From assembly GCA_025558095.1 (NCBI GenBank), contig JAIVFI010000040.1, positions 412,667 to 476,666 on the forward strand: a stretch of 64,000 bases of DNA, in the 5' to 3' direction. Both the position numbers and the translations under genes were made by a program. The DNA comes from Hyaloraphidium curvatum SAG 235-1 (Eukaryota; Fungi; Monoblepharomycota). Below the pieces are notes generated by a model. It had not been told where the DNA came from and searched no databases. It worked only from the letters and a program-made list of their open reading frames with translations. This document shows positions 42,802 through 55,720 of the stretch, one piece after another. How positions within the stretch are numbered: position 1 is the first letter of the stretch; each line of letters starts with the position of its first letter.

Positions 42802-45356
42802 ATGGCGTCGAAGGCGTCCCCGCGGCCGCCGCAGCCGCCCGGCCGCCCGCGGATGGGCTGCTCGTTCTGCTCCAGGCGGAAGCGGTGCGTGGCCAGTCGC
42901 CCCCGACAGCCCCGGGATCCCCTGCTCACCCACCCGGGCCTCCCCTTGAATCAATTACAGGAAATGCACATTCCCCGGCGACGGCGGCCCGTGCGACGAA
43001 TGCTCCGCCCGCGGCATCGAGTGCGTGCAGCCGGACCCCAACGTCGTGGGTGGCCGTACGCCTCCCTCCCCCGACCCCCCGCTGACTCCCGGCCTCCAGT
43101 CCCGCCGGCAGCGCGAGCGACTGGAAAGGATCGAGCAGCAGCGGCAGCTGGCCTCGGTCGTCGAGCAGCGGCGGCGGTCGTCGGCGTCGTCGGCAAACTC
43201 GCCCGCGTCGCCGCCGTCGGCGCAGCTGGCCTCCGCGCCGTCGCGGTCGCCCGCGGCCGGCCACGCGGCCATGTTTCCGCCGTTTGCTCCGTATCCCGGG
43301 TACTCCCCGGCAGGGCCGGGCGGGCCGCCTGCGCCCCAGGGATACCCCTTCCCCGGCGCCCCGGCCTTCCCGCCCTTCTACAACCCCCCGCTGGGACCGG
43401 CCGGACACCACCAGTACTTTCCCCAACCCTCGCCGCCCTTCCTTCCCTCGCCATCGCAGCCCCAGCCGTGGAATCCCGAACCCCCTGCCTTCTCCCGGCC
43501 GTTCCACTACCCCTCCCCCGCCCCCGGCTACCCTCCCCAGCAGAGCCAGCAGCAGGCGTTCCCCCCGCCACTTCCTGCCGGCCGCCCGCCGCAGCAGGAT
43601 GCCACGTCGCTGGCGCAGGCCGTGTACGGGTTCGCGCCGAGGAACGAGGACGGGAGGGGGAAGATGGGGCTGGCGCTGATGATTGGCGGCGAGGACGCGC
43701 CGCCTCCCGGTACGTCTCCGGCAGCGCGCACGCGACCGATCGCCGCTGATCCGGATTGCTCCCCCCCCCTTTCCTCCCCAGACCTGATCGAACCCGCGCT
43801 CGAGGCCTTCTGGCACCACACCCACTCGTGGGGCCCCATCGTGCACCGCGCCACCTTCACCGCCGCGCTCGCCCGCCCCTGCCCCGTGTACCGCCGGCGC
43901 CCGCTCGCGCTGCTGCACGCGATGGCGGCCCACGGCGTGCGCGAGGCGGCCGCGGTGCCGGAGCTGGACAGGGAGCGGTGGGCGCGGTGGCATGCCGACC
44001 GGGCCGCGGGGGAGCTGGACGCGCACTTTGCCGGGACCGGATCGGGGGCGACGCCGCTCGAGGTGGTGCAGGCCACGCTGATCCTGGTCATGTTCAGGGT
44101 GGCGGGCGGGGATGCCGAGGCCGGGCTGGGGATCCTGTGGCGCGCCGCGTCGACCGTGCGCGGCATGTGCTTCCACCCCGGCGGGGCATGGAAGCCCGCC
44201 GATCCGTCGCTCCCCCCGCACGTGGGCTGGGCCGAGGAGGAGATGCGCGCGCGCGCGCTGCTGGGCTACTTCTCCTCGGACGTGACCTTTTCGTACCACG
44301 CGCGGCGGACCCCCGCATTGGACTACCGCGCCGTGGCCTTCAGGATGCCGTGCCACCAGGCCTACTTCGACGCCTCCGACCCCGAAGCCGCCTTCGCGCT
44401 GCTACCCCCGGGGGGGATGCCCGAGTTCCGCGTGGGCCCGCTGGTCGACGGCCCGCCCGAGGCGCGCAGGGCGGTGCTCGAGGCCAGCGTCGGCCGGGCG
44501 TTCGAGGGCGGCGCGACGTGGCAGGCGCTCTCGGCCGTGGCGTCGTCGATGCGGCTCGCGAGGGTGGAGCTGCGCGCGCTGCAGGAGGCGGCGGGGATCG
44601 ACGTCTACGCGCTGGCGGCCAAACACGGGTCCGAGTCCCCCGAGGCGCTGGACGCATCCGAGGAAGCCTACCTCCGCGGGACCGCGGCGCTCGACGACAT
44701 CGTTGCCGGTGTGAACGCTCTCCTCCCGCCCGAGCTCCGGGGGGTGGCCGACGGCGACGCCCGCCCGCTGTACGCCCACGCCGCGCGCGCCCTGGGGGCC
44801 CGCGAGCACGCCGGCGGCGCGCTCATCTCGCTCGTCTCGCTGCACACGGCCCGCGTGCAGTCCTGGATCGGGCCCGAGGTCGCCTCCACCGCCCGCTTCG
44901 GGACCGACCTCCCGTTCGCCTCCTCCCCGCGCTTCCTCGCGGTGCTGGAATCCTCCCTCCTCGTCGCCCGCTTGCTCGCCACCGCGCTGGATGCCGACCC
45001 GGACCTGACGGGCGTCCATTTCGCCGCCCTCCCCGGGGTGCTCGCCGCCGGCGCCGTTGCCATCGCCGCGTGGCGGATGCACGCCGGCTTGGGCGCGGGC
45101 GAGGGGTACGAGTGGGATGCGAGCGCGGTCGGGAGGTTCCTCGAGGTGCTGGGGCGGAGGTACAGGCCGTACGGTGGGTTCGGTGGGTCTGCCTCCTGCG
45201 AGGTGCCGGGAAGGGCTGACGGTCGTGCGGGCGGCAGGGACGCAGTTCTGCAAAGAGTTCAGGAGGATGCTGGAGGATGCGGGGATGGGGGAGCAGATGC
45301 CCGGGGAGGGAGGGTCGGGGGCAAAGGCGGTGAGGCAGGCTTCGGCCGTGGAATAG
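42802..45356 (+). CDS. Zn(II)2Cys6 transcription factor with middle homology region, about 4 introns
   Basis: Spliced CSFCSRRKR|KCTFPGDGGPCDECSARGIEC; PIVHRATF, LEVVQATLIL, EEMRAR. Confidence 0.9.
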
Positions 45357-45578
45357 GCCGGGGGATCGAGGGATCGGGAGCGGGGAACGGGCATGCCTGG
45401 AGAAGATCGCAAGGTTCGGTTTGTAGTCTCGAAACGATGCGGATCCGTGCTCTATTTGTTCGTCCCCAAAGCGGGGAGCGGTCTCTGAAATGGATCTGTC
45501 TGGCGAGAACGTGCATCGAATCCAAACCGAGGCAGCGGGATCGTGTAGCGGAGGTGTCCCTGGACATTTACCGCTGAG

Positions 45579-48096
45579 TATGAAAACCCGAAAATGCGAG
45601 AGACCGGTACGCGAGGGTCGATTTGGAGGGGCGGTCCCGATTGGGTTCGGCGTTGCGGTCCCGACCCTGGCAACAAAAAAAGAGCAAGGGCCGCTTCGAA
45701 GAACCCGTATCCACCCTCCCAACGACCTCCGAGCGTCCCACTGCGGCCGCCCGCGATGCCGGTGCAGTTCGAGCTCGCCGGCGCGGCGTGGGGGCTGGCC
45801 CCCGCCGCGCTGCACGGCGGCGCGCGCGAGGCCCCGAAGCGGCAGAGCGTGCCTCCTCTGCGCCCAGCGGAAATCGAAATGCGTGTGGCCGTCCGACGAC
45901 GCGTTGGCGTGCGAACGCTGCGAGGACAAGGGGCTCGTGTGCGAGCAGCCGCCGCCCGATCTGGTTGGTGCCTTCCTGTTCGCCGGTCTGAGCGTGTGGC
46001 AAACCTCGGGCCCTGCAGAGCCGACGCCAGAGAGAGCGGATCGAGAAGGAACGGAAGTTGCGGCTGGCGAGGCTGCAGCGGGGTCCGCGGGCCCGCCGCG
46101 ATGCCCTGTCGTACTCGCCCCCGCGGGCCGTGGCGTCCGAGGCCCGGAGCACACACTTCCTCAAGGCCTCCCTGAACTTGCAATGGGACGCCTTGGCCTT
46201 CGATTCCGCGCCGGCCACCGTCTCGCCCGCCGCGCTGAGCCCGTTCGGTGCCCAGCTTGCCGCCGGCCTGCCCTCTCCCCCGATCCTCGCCGCCCCGCTG
46301 GTGCGCCCCGCAGCACCTCTTTCCGCCGGAGACGCCGGATCCCACTCGGACCACCTGCTCACAGCCCTCGCCGCGTACTGGGCCTACAAGAACCCCACCG
46401 CCGCGCAGATCCACCGCCGCACGTTCGAGGAGGCATTCCTCCTTACGCGCTGCCCGCTGTACGGCCGCAAGCCCGTCGCTCTGCTCTACGCCCTCGCTGC
46501 CAACGGCATGCTGCACGCCGACGTGCCGGGCCTCCCCGATCGCGACCGGCGCCGCGCGGGGATCTGGTTTGCGGAGAGGGCAAAGGACGCGCTGCTGGCG
46601 GGCTTCTTCGGTTCGCCCGCGGATGGCAGGGACAAGATGGGCGGGCTCGAGGCGATCCAGACCATCCTGCAGATATTCATGTTCACGGTGTCTGCGGGCA
46701 AGGGCAACGCCGCGCTGCCGCTGCTGCAGAGGGTCGCGGCCGTCATCAAGGACCTCTGCTGGGACGAGGCGCGCGGCCAGTTTCGGGGAGCGGGCGAGCT
46801 CCCCGCCACCCCGACCGACTGGCTGCTCGACGAGATGCGGATGCGCTCATGGATCTTTTACTTTACCGTCGATTGGTGAGTCTGCACTGCTCTTCGGGGA
46901 ACGGAGCCTGACCATCCGCTCTTCCAAGCACGTTTGCCTACATTACCAACCGCGACACGCTGCTCGACTACGAGCATTACCAGTTCCGCGTCCCGTACTC
47001 CGAGTACGCGTTCGACAGCAGGTCCTCCGACGTGGCATACGACCTCGTATTCCGCCGCAACGACCCCGCCGAGTACGGTGCAGTGGTCGACCTGCTGCCG
47101 CTCATGTGGGAACCCTGCGACGAGACCCGCGCCGACATGCTCCGCGAGTTCGTGGCCCCCATCTTCCAGCGCAAGCGCAGCATCAACGCCTTCCTGCTCC
47201 TCTCCGTCCTGATGCGGTGGTCGCGGATCCGCCTGCGGAGCTTCGCCTCGTCCCACGGAATCGTCCCCTTCCTCCTGGCCTCCAAGATCGGGCTCGGGCA
47301 GCCCCTCACGGACGAGGAGGCAGAGTACCGCGGCATGGCGGACTGCTTCCCCCGCTTCCTCGCCGACCTCCGCGCCGCCCTGCCCGCTGATCTGGGCCCC
47401 TCGTTCTTCAACGGCGACCCCGCGGTGCTCTTCTCGCACGCCCCGCACTACTTTGGCGACCCCTCCCTCGCGCACTGCCCCCTCCTTGCCGCATGCGCGA
47501 TGCACTCGGCCGTCCTCGAGAACTGGTGCGACGACGACATCGCCACCACCGGCGTCTTCCGCTCCCCCGCCGGCATCCCCTCCGCCCTCCCCGGATTCCT
47601 CGCCTCCCCCGCCTTCGCCGACTCCCTCGAAGCCGCCATCGTCATCTCCCGCCTCGTGGCGGGACAGCTGGCCGCCGAGCCGGGGCTGCGGTACAACCAC
47701 GTGGCGACAATGTTCGGGACGCTGCGGGCCGGGGGGCTGCATCTGGCGTCGTGGAAGCTGTATGCGCGCGGCGGGGGGCGGGAGGAGCTGCGGGAGGGGC
47801 TGGTGGCGGACGTGCGGGCGGTGGCGAGGTGGATGGACGTCATGGCGGAGAGGTACAGGCCGATCGGTGCGTCCGCCCGGCAGCTGGCGGCAACCGGATA
47901 CACGATGCTGACCCGCGGATCGATCGCAGGCACCCAGTTTGCCGACATCTTCCGGCGCCTCGTGCGCGACGCCGGGATTGGCCGGCCCGGACCGGCGCGG
48001 GAAGGGAGCCGCTTCGTGGTGCAGGCGGACGTGATGGACGCGCTGCGGTTCCGGAGGGCCGTCTCGGGAGCCGATGGAGAGGACGAAGAGCAGTAA
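45579..48096 (+). CDS. Second, tandem Zn(II)2Cys6 transcription factor; start uncertain (possible frameshift near 45843)
   Basis: RACLLCAQRKSKCVWPSDDALACERCEDKGLVC; same intron position before SRRQRER as the upstream paralogue; QIHRRTF, LEAIQTIL, DEMRMR. Confidence 0.85.
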
Positions 48097-49705
48097 ATCC
48101 CGTGCGTTGTCGATCCGGATTCGCGGCTCGCTCGGCGGAAGCGCGCTCGGAACTCCCAGCCGGCACCGGTTTCTGTAAATGATGCTACACAGTTGTCTTA
48201 ATTGTTTCCATCGTACTACCCGGGAGAAGCATGCCAGCTCGCATGATGGCCGGCGCGTGTGTTTGGCGACGCTCCAGGTGGCGGCGAAGATCGAGCTGAG
48301 TCACACTCGACCCAACTTCCGGGCCCCGAAGCAGCAGCCCATTCGCCTTCAGCTCCGTGAGGAGCATTAGACTGCGATGCTATCCGCGATGCGCTCCTCG
48401 CCGGCGGGCATCGCGCCCGCCCTGGCCCGCGCCGCCCGCTGCCAACCTCCCTCCCTCCCGCGGCCGCCCGCCCACGCGCGGGCCGCCACCCGGCACGCCG
48501 GCAGCTCCGCCGGCCGCATCGGCCCGCTCTCCCGCACCCTCATCGCGCAGGAGGACCGCTTCGGCAGCCACAACTACGCGCCCCTCCCCGTCGTCTTCTC
48601 GCGCGGCCGTCCTCGAGAACTGGTGCGACGACGACATCGCCACCACCGGCGTCTTCCGCTCCCCCGCCGGCATCCCCTCCGCCCTCCCCGGATTCCTCGC
48701 CTCCCCCGCCTTCGCCGACTCCCTCGAAGCCGCCATCGTCATCTCCCGCCTCGTGGCGGGACAGCTGGCCGCCGAGCCGGGGCTGCGGTACAACCACGTG
48801 GCGACAATGTTCGGGACGCTGCGGGCCGGGGGGCTGCATCTGGCGTCGTGGAAGCTGTATGCGCGCGGCGGGGGGCGGGAGGAGCTGCGGGAGGGGCTGG
48901 TGGCGGACGTGCGGGCGGTGGCGAGGTGGATGGACGTCATGGCGGAGAGGTACAGGCCGATCGGTGCGTCCGCCCGGCAGCTGGCGGCAACCGGATACAC
49001 GATGCTGACCCGCGGATCGATCGCAGGCACCCATTTTGCCGACATCTTCCGGCGCCTCGTGCGCGACGCCGGGATTGGCCGGCCCGGACCGGCGCGGGAA
49101 GGGAGCCGCTTCGTGGTGCAGGCGGACGTGATGGACGCGCTGCGGTTCCGGAGGGCCGTCTCGGGAGCCGATGGAGAGGACGAAGAGCAGTAAATCCCGT
49201 GCGTTGTCGATCCGGATTCGCGGCTCGCTCGGCGGAAGCGCGCTCGGAACTCCCAGCCGGCACCGGTTTCTGTAAATGATGCTACACAGTTGTCTTAATT
49301 GTTTCCATCGTACTACCCGGGAGAAGCATGCCAGCTCGCATGATGGCCGGCGCGTGTGTTTGGCGACGCTCCAGGTGGCGGCGAAGATCGAGCTGAGTCA
49401 CACTCGACCCAACTTCCGGGCCCCGAAGCAGCAGCCCATTCGCCTTCAGCTCCGTGAGGAGCATTAGACTGCGATGCTATCCGCGATGCGCTCCTCGCCG
49501 GCGGGCATCGCGCCCGCCCTGGCCCGCGCCGCCCGCTGCCAACCTCCCTCCCTCCCGCGGCCGCCCGCCCACGCGCGGGCCGCCACCCGGCACGCCGGCA
49601 GCTCCGCCGGCCGCATCGGCCCGCTCTCCCGCACCCTCATCGCGCAGGAGGACCGCTTCGGCAGCCACAACTACGCGCCCCTCCCCGTCGTCTTCTCGCG
49701 CGGCC
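47507..49705. repeat. 1097-bp tandem duplication (TF 3' end + intergenic + OAT 5' end) with CGGCC microhomology at the junction
   Basis: 47507-48603 repeated at 48604-49700; one substitution seen (CAG at 47935 vs CAT at 49032). Confidence 0.95.
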
Positions 49706-51010
49706 AGGGCACGCGCGTGTGGGACGCCGACGGCAACGAGTACATCGACTGCCTCAGCGCGTACTCGGCCGTGAACCAGGGGCACTGCCACCCGCGCCTG
49801 GTGCGCAAGATGGCGGAGCAGGCGGGAAGGCTCACGCTGTCGTCCCGCGCGTTCTGCTCGGACCAGCTGGGCCCGTACGCCGAGTTCATAACAAAGATGT
49901 TCGGCTACGACCGCGTGCTGCCGATGAACACCGGTGTGGAGGGCGGGGAGACGGCGGTGAAGCTGGCCAGGAGGTGGGGGTACGACGTCAAGGGGGTGCC
50001 CAAGGACAAGGCCGTCGTGCTGTTTGCCACGGGCAACTTCTGGGGGCGGACGCTGGCGGCGTGCTCCACATCGGACGATCCGGATTGCTACGGTGGGCCG
50101 TCCCTGTCGCGAGCGCGGTCGACGGCTCTGACGATCCGGGGCTCGGATCAGGCGGCTTCGGGCCGTTCCTCCCCGGCATGGGCAAGGTCACCTACAACGA
50201 CGTTTCGTCCCTCCGCGCCGCCCTCGAATCCGACCCCAACATCGTCGCCTACTTCGTCGAGCCCGTCCAGGGCGAAGCCGGCGTCGTCGTCCCCGACCCG
50301 GGCTACCTCGCCGCCTGCGCCGAGCTCTGCAGGAAGCACAACGTGCTGCTGATCTGCGACGAGGTGCAGAGCGGGCTGTGCAGGACGGGGCGCATGCTGG
50401 CGAGCGACCACGAGGGGGTCAGGCCGGACGTGCTGATTTTGGGGAAGGCGCTGTCGGGGGGTATGATGCCGGTGTCGGCGGTGCTGGCGGACGACGAGGT
50501 GATGCTGACCATCAAGCCGGGGCAGCACGGGTCGACCTACGGTAAGCTGCGGCGGGGCGCGTGCTGGAGATGCTGCTAACAGGCAGGTGGGCAGGTGGCA
50601 ACCCGCTCGCGTGCGCCGTCGCGACCGAGGCGCTCCAGATCCTCGTGGACGAGAAGCTCGACGTCGCCGCGGACCTCCGCGGCGCGCAGTTCCGCGCCGG
50701 CCTGCACGCCGCCGTCTCCCGCCACCCCACAATCCTCGAGCTCGCCCGCGGCAAGGGCCTGCTCAACGCGATCGTCGTCCGCGACGACGCCGCCGACCGC
50801 AGCGGGCGGAGGATCACCGCCTGGGACGTGTGCATCGCGCTCAAGGACGCCGCGGGGTACGGCGCGCCGAGGGGGGTGCTGGCCAAGCCGACGCACGGCA
50901 AGGTGATCAGGCTGGCGCCGCCGCTGGTGGTGACCGAGGAGGAGGTGGCGGAGCTGCTGGGGACGCTGGATGCCGTGCTGGGGGGCTTGCACGAGGGGAA
51001 AAGGACATGA
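49474..51010 (+). CDS. CAR2: Ornithine aminotransferase, 2 introns
   Basis: [71 protein letters not shown]|GGNPLA. Confidence 0.95.
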
Positions 51011-51230
51011 GGGCCGGCATCGCCGAACATGTAAATAGCTGGCGAGCCTCTGAGTAGCCTGCTTCGTCCGGGACCCGAAACTCACTCTGCCGATTGATCG
51101 GACGAGCGCGTTGAGTCAATGCTCGGAGGGCCGGACGTGAGTAATCGCCGCACAGCCTCCCTCGTCACTCCACGAATCCCACCCCGCAAGCGGCCTTTCC
51201 GGCGCTTCTCCCACCGCCAATCAAAGCAAA

Positions 51231-52337
51231 ATGACCTCCGCGGAACCCGCACCCGCCCCGCCCGCCCCCGCCGGCCGCGGCCTCTTCGGCAGCCTGCTCG
51301 GCACCTTTGCCGCGCTGCAGATGCTCCCCCCCGGCGTCGCCGACCTGCTGCAGCTCGACGCCAAACCCGCCGAGACCAAGCCCGCGAGCGCGGCGGCGGT
51401 CCGTCTGCAGGCGGCGGCGGCCAAGGCGCGGGCCGCCAAGGCCGCCGAGGCGGATGCTGCGGAGGAGGCCGAAGTTGCCAAGGCCGGGGATCCCGAAACC
51501 AAAGAGGCCTCCGAGCCGGCTCCCCTGACCGCCCCGGCTCCCCTGCCCGCCGGAGACGGCGAGGCCGCCGCGCTGCGCGCCGAGCTCGAGCTTGCCAGGG
51601 CCGACCTGCACCGCGTCCGCGTTGCCCGCGAATCCTTGCGCATGCAGTTCGACCTGGACCACGAAGCATTGCTCGCGGAGCGCGATTCGCTCGCTGCCGC
51701 CCTGCAGGAAGCGCAGGTGGAGAGGGGGATGATGGAGGCGGAGATGGAGGCGCTCAGGGCGCAGCTGGAGGAAGCGCAGGGCAGGGAGGGCGTCAGCATG
51801 GAGGAGCACGGGCGCGTCGTGGCGGAGCTGCAGGCCAGGGAGGAAGCCGACGCGCAGAGGGACGCCGCGCTCGCGGGCGTCAACGGGATCCTGGCCAGGT
51901 GGGGCATCCCGCGATGACGACGCCGATTGGCGCTGATGGGGTCGTTTCCGACCAGTTGGGCCGAATTGGTGCACGGGATCGACGCCCGGATCGCACCCTA
52001 CGCCAGCGGCACCATCACCTCCATCTCCGAACGCCCCCCTTCCCCACCCTCGCCCTCGCTGGGGCTGCTCAAGTCCTTCCGCAAGTCCAAGCGCGCGCCG
52101 GCTTCCCCGACCGCCGCGACAGGCCCCGCCAAGGACGACGCCGACTGCGCCCTGTCCACCTCGACCTCCGGCTCGGCCGACGACGAGGAGGGCAAGCCGC
52201 TCCCCGGCGTCGGTGCGGCGTGGGAGCTGCTTCCCGCCGCCGAGGCGCTGGCGAGGGGGCTGAGGGAGCTGGAGGAGCGGAGCATGAAGGTGCCGTACGG
52301 GCACGTGCTGGCGCTCGGCAAGGTGGGCGGGCATTGA
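51231..52337 (+). CDS. Coiled-coil protein of unknown function, intron about 51899-51955
   Basis: Ala/Glu-rich heptads, gene-like codon use; GT..AG joins the two ORFs. Confidence 0.55.
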
Positions 52338-53392
52338 GCCGCGGGTATCGATGGGAGGCGGGATGGGGACGGGGGGGCGGAGGAGGTGGGGAGGGATGGG
52401 GAGGGTGTACAGATACCGCTGGGCCGGGGGGGGCTGCCATTCATCATTTGGGGACAAGCATTCGGCACGGTGTACAAAATGACACCCTAGAATTGGACGT
52501 TTTGGCCACCCAGATTGGTCGAGGGGCAAAAGCCGCGGTCCCGCCGCCAGGAGCACGTGAAGGTGTCCCCGTGCGGCAGGAGAGGAAGCGAGGGATCCAT
52601 GACCGATCGGGGCATGCATGCGCGGGTTCGCCGGCAGATGGCACGCCGAGGCATGACAGGACGCGTGCTGCCCCCAAGTAAGCGGCGAGGGGCGCGGCCG
52701 GCGGCCGTTTTGGGTCGGCCCGATGCGGCGTTTGCGGTGTCGTGTCCGCGGGGGATGCACGGCGCCGAACCGACGGCGGACGTCCGATTCATTCACGTGG
52801 TCACTTGAAGATGCCGGAGCGGTCGGTTGCTCCCGAGCGGACGGCTGCAGAGGCGGGTCGGGCAGATAACGGGCGGGCCCTGGGCGGGCGGGCGGCCGGG
52901 TGTGGCCAAACAGCGGCCTCCTCGGCGGGACGCGGGCAAGGGGGCGGTCTACCGAATCGAAGACGATGGAGAGAAGCCGCACATCTCCCGTGGGCCGGAT
53001 CCCCATCCTTGTCCGTTTGGCCGTCCGGATCTGCTTTTCGCCGGCGTCAGGGTGGCAAAACGGGCTGGTTGGCCGTTGCGCCCTTGCGTGTTTGCTCCCC
53101 CGTCCGCCCCGGATCAAACGCTCGTGCGCGCTCCGGGGGCTGTCGGCAAACCGGTGCTGCTCTCCGCGTGCCTTGCGAGCGGATAGGGCGCCGCGGATCC
53201 GGGCAGGAGCGCGTGCAGATCCGGAGGGGACCCTGTGCCGCCGCCCGGATCGTCAACAACCGCAAGCACGCCCGGCCGCACTCCCGGCGGACCGCCAGCG
53301 GCTCCCCGGACCCGCGCGGGCACGCCTGAAATTCATTCGGCGCGGGCGATCGTCTGCGGTGCCGGGCGGCGCGGCGGCGGGACCGGCCCGCG

Positions 53393-55256
53393 ATGGGATC
53401 CCCGCTGAGCCCGAGCTCGCCGACGTGGGGCGCGCCGCGCGGGTGGCGGCTGCTCCAGCGGTCGGCGGTGTTTGCTTGGTTGGGTCTCGCGTGCGCGCTG
53501 GTGCTGCTCGCGAGGGAGTGGGCGGCCAACGGGGACTGCCCGGGCTGCGCGCGGTGGGGGCGGGCGGCGCTGGAGGAGCGGGGCGCGCGGCCGCCGGCGC
53601 TGCTGCCGCAAACACCCTCCCCCTCCGCGACCCGCTCTCCCTCGCGGAGCCCCTCCCCGCCTGCACCGCCGGGCGCGACCCCCTCCCCGTCTGCACCGCC
53701 GGGCACGACCCCCTCCCCTCCCGGGGTCGTCGACCCCCACTTTGCGCCCCTCGCCGCCGCCCTCTCGCGCCTCGGGCCCCCGCAGCCCTCTTGCTTCGTC
53801 GGCCCGCCCGCCCCGCGGCGCTTCGACACGGTGCTCGTCGTCGCGCAGGGCCGCTCGGGCAGCACCTCCCTCCTGCGGTTGCTCAACACGCTGCCGTGCT
53901 ACAACATCCGCGGCGAAAACCCAGAGATCTTCTCGTTCCTGCTCGGCGCCCCGGCGCCCCGCCCGCGCACCCCGCCGCCCGCGCGGACCGAGCCCCCCGA
54001 GACCCCGCCCGTCGCGCGCTCGTTCCGCGACGCCGCGGCGCAGCTCGCCCCCTTCTCGCCCGCGGACCTCCCCTGGTCCGACGAGCCCAAGGTCAAGCCG
54101 TCGTGGTTCAACCGCGTGGACCTCGGGCGGACCGACGCCGCGCTGCGCCTGCTGGCGGGCGAGGTCTTGCAGCACGTGCCCGGGAGGGTGACGAGCGGGT
54201 TCAAGAGCATCACGCTGTTTTCGGGGAAACCGTTCGACTACGCCGCGTCCCTGGCGTTCCTGGACGACTGGATCCGGCTGTTCCCGCGGACGGCGGTGGT
54301 GTTCATCACCCGCGAGGGGGCCGAGAGGTCGGGGTGGTGGCGGCAGACCCGCAACGCGGCGGGGTTGCTGCGGCAGCAGAAGGCCGGGTTCGCGCGCTTC
54401 GCGGGGGAGGTGCGCAGCGGCAGGTACCGCCATGTGGCCGGGGCGGACGTGCGGGTGGCCCACGTGGACTACGGCGGGTTGGTGCGGTGCGATGGGGGGA
54501 ACGGGACGGCATTGGGGGGCATGTACGCCGCGCTGGGGGAGGCGTTCGACGCGAAAAAGTGCGCGGGGGTGATGGGGAGGAACGTGGAGGACTTTGGCGT
54601 GGCCATGAGCGACAACGACTACCAGCCGGTCCAGGTACGGATCGTGCGGCCGCCACCTTGGTTGGCAGCTTACCCCCCGCCGCGATCCGCAGTCCGCCAG
54701 CGGATGGAACTACGGCTTCCGGCACTTCCCCGTCGCCGGCGCCCAGCCCGTCCCCCGCCCCACCTTCGGCCGCTTCCTCCCCGCTTCCTCCCTCCGCCCC
54801 GCCGTCTCCCCCTCGGACCCCGCGGAGTTCCACGCCTCCCCGTGGTCCACCCCCCCGCTCTCGATCGGCCGCGCGCTGCACCATCCCGCCCTGAGCCCGG
54901 GGAGGAGGACGGCCGCGGTGCCGTGCCGGAAGTGGCGGGCCGGGGCGGAGATGGATGCCGAGGCCGAGGTGAGGGTGCCGCCGCTGCTGCCGGCGTGCGG
55001 GACGCACGCGCACGCGGGGTACGATTTCCACCTGCTCGTCGACGGGCGCCACCTGCTCACCAAGAGGTTCGCCCTGGGGACGGAGGGAGGGACGTTCAGG
55101 GCCGCGGTGAGGGTCAGGAGCGGGACAGAGGTCGAGCTGTGCCCGGCGCCGGTGATTCCCGGGAAGCGGAGGGGGGATGCGGACCACGGGATATGCCAGC
55201 CGGCGGTGGCGGTGCTTGCGGTGCTGAGGCGGGCGGCGGCTGCTGCTGCAGCGTGA
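53393..55256 (+). CDS. Type II membrane PAPS-dependent sulfotransferase (Stf0-like) with an extra C-terminal beta domain; 1 intron near 54634-54692
   Basis: N-terminal TM, Pro/Ser stalk, AQGRSGSTSLLRLLN..IRGE, GFK.I, VVFITR..S.WW. Confidence 0.75.
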
Positions 55257-55419
55257 GGCGTCGTCGGGGGGTTGGATTTGGGGACGGGCTTTTCGCGATC
55301 GGGAGGGGGGAGAGAGGGGAAGATTCTAGACGCAATACCCGCAGATCCTGTAATGTATCCACGGGCCGATGTAGGCAAGTATATCGATCGCGCTGCCCCC
55401 CATTGCTTGGGCGGGCCCG

Positions 55420-55629
55420 CTGCGGGGGCAGCTCCTGGACAGGGAGCGGGCCCTTTCGGCCGCCGCGGCCGATGCGGAGAGGATGCGGGCGAGGTTCCTC
55501 GGGGTCGTCGTGGACGCGGGGGTCGTGCGGACGCTGCTGGTGACGGCGCTGACGGTGGGCGTGGCGCTGTTTGGCATCCTGCGGGGCTGGGTGACGGTGA
55601 CGCTCGAGAGCGTGTGCAACACGGCTTGA
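55420..55629 (+). pseudogene. 3'-terminal remnant of a second 7TM (gustatory-receptor-like) gene
   Basis: LRGQLLDRERAL...ARFLGVVVDAGVVRTLLVTALTVGVALFGILRGWVTVTLESVC* aligns with the C-terminus of 20406-21999; no upstream exons evident. Confidence 0.75.
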
Positions 55630-55720
55630 TCTGGGGCGTCATCACGACCGTGACTAAGAGTGTCATGTATTGTTGGATAATCTGAACGACTTGGTGGCAT
55701 TCTCGCTCGACCTCTGCTCC

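Noticed and set aside
48377-49279. 300-aa OAT-leader chimeric ORF as a real gene
   Set aside because: The downstream part is TF2 sequence read out of frame; a by-product of the tandem duplication
53610-53725. Short direct repeats (ccctccccg...gcaccgccgggc) as a CRISPR-like or regulatory array
   Set aside because: They encode the Pro/Ser/Thr stalk of the sulfotransferase; no unique spacers or cas genes
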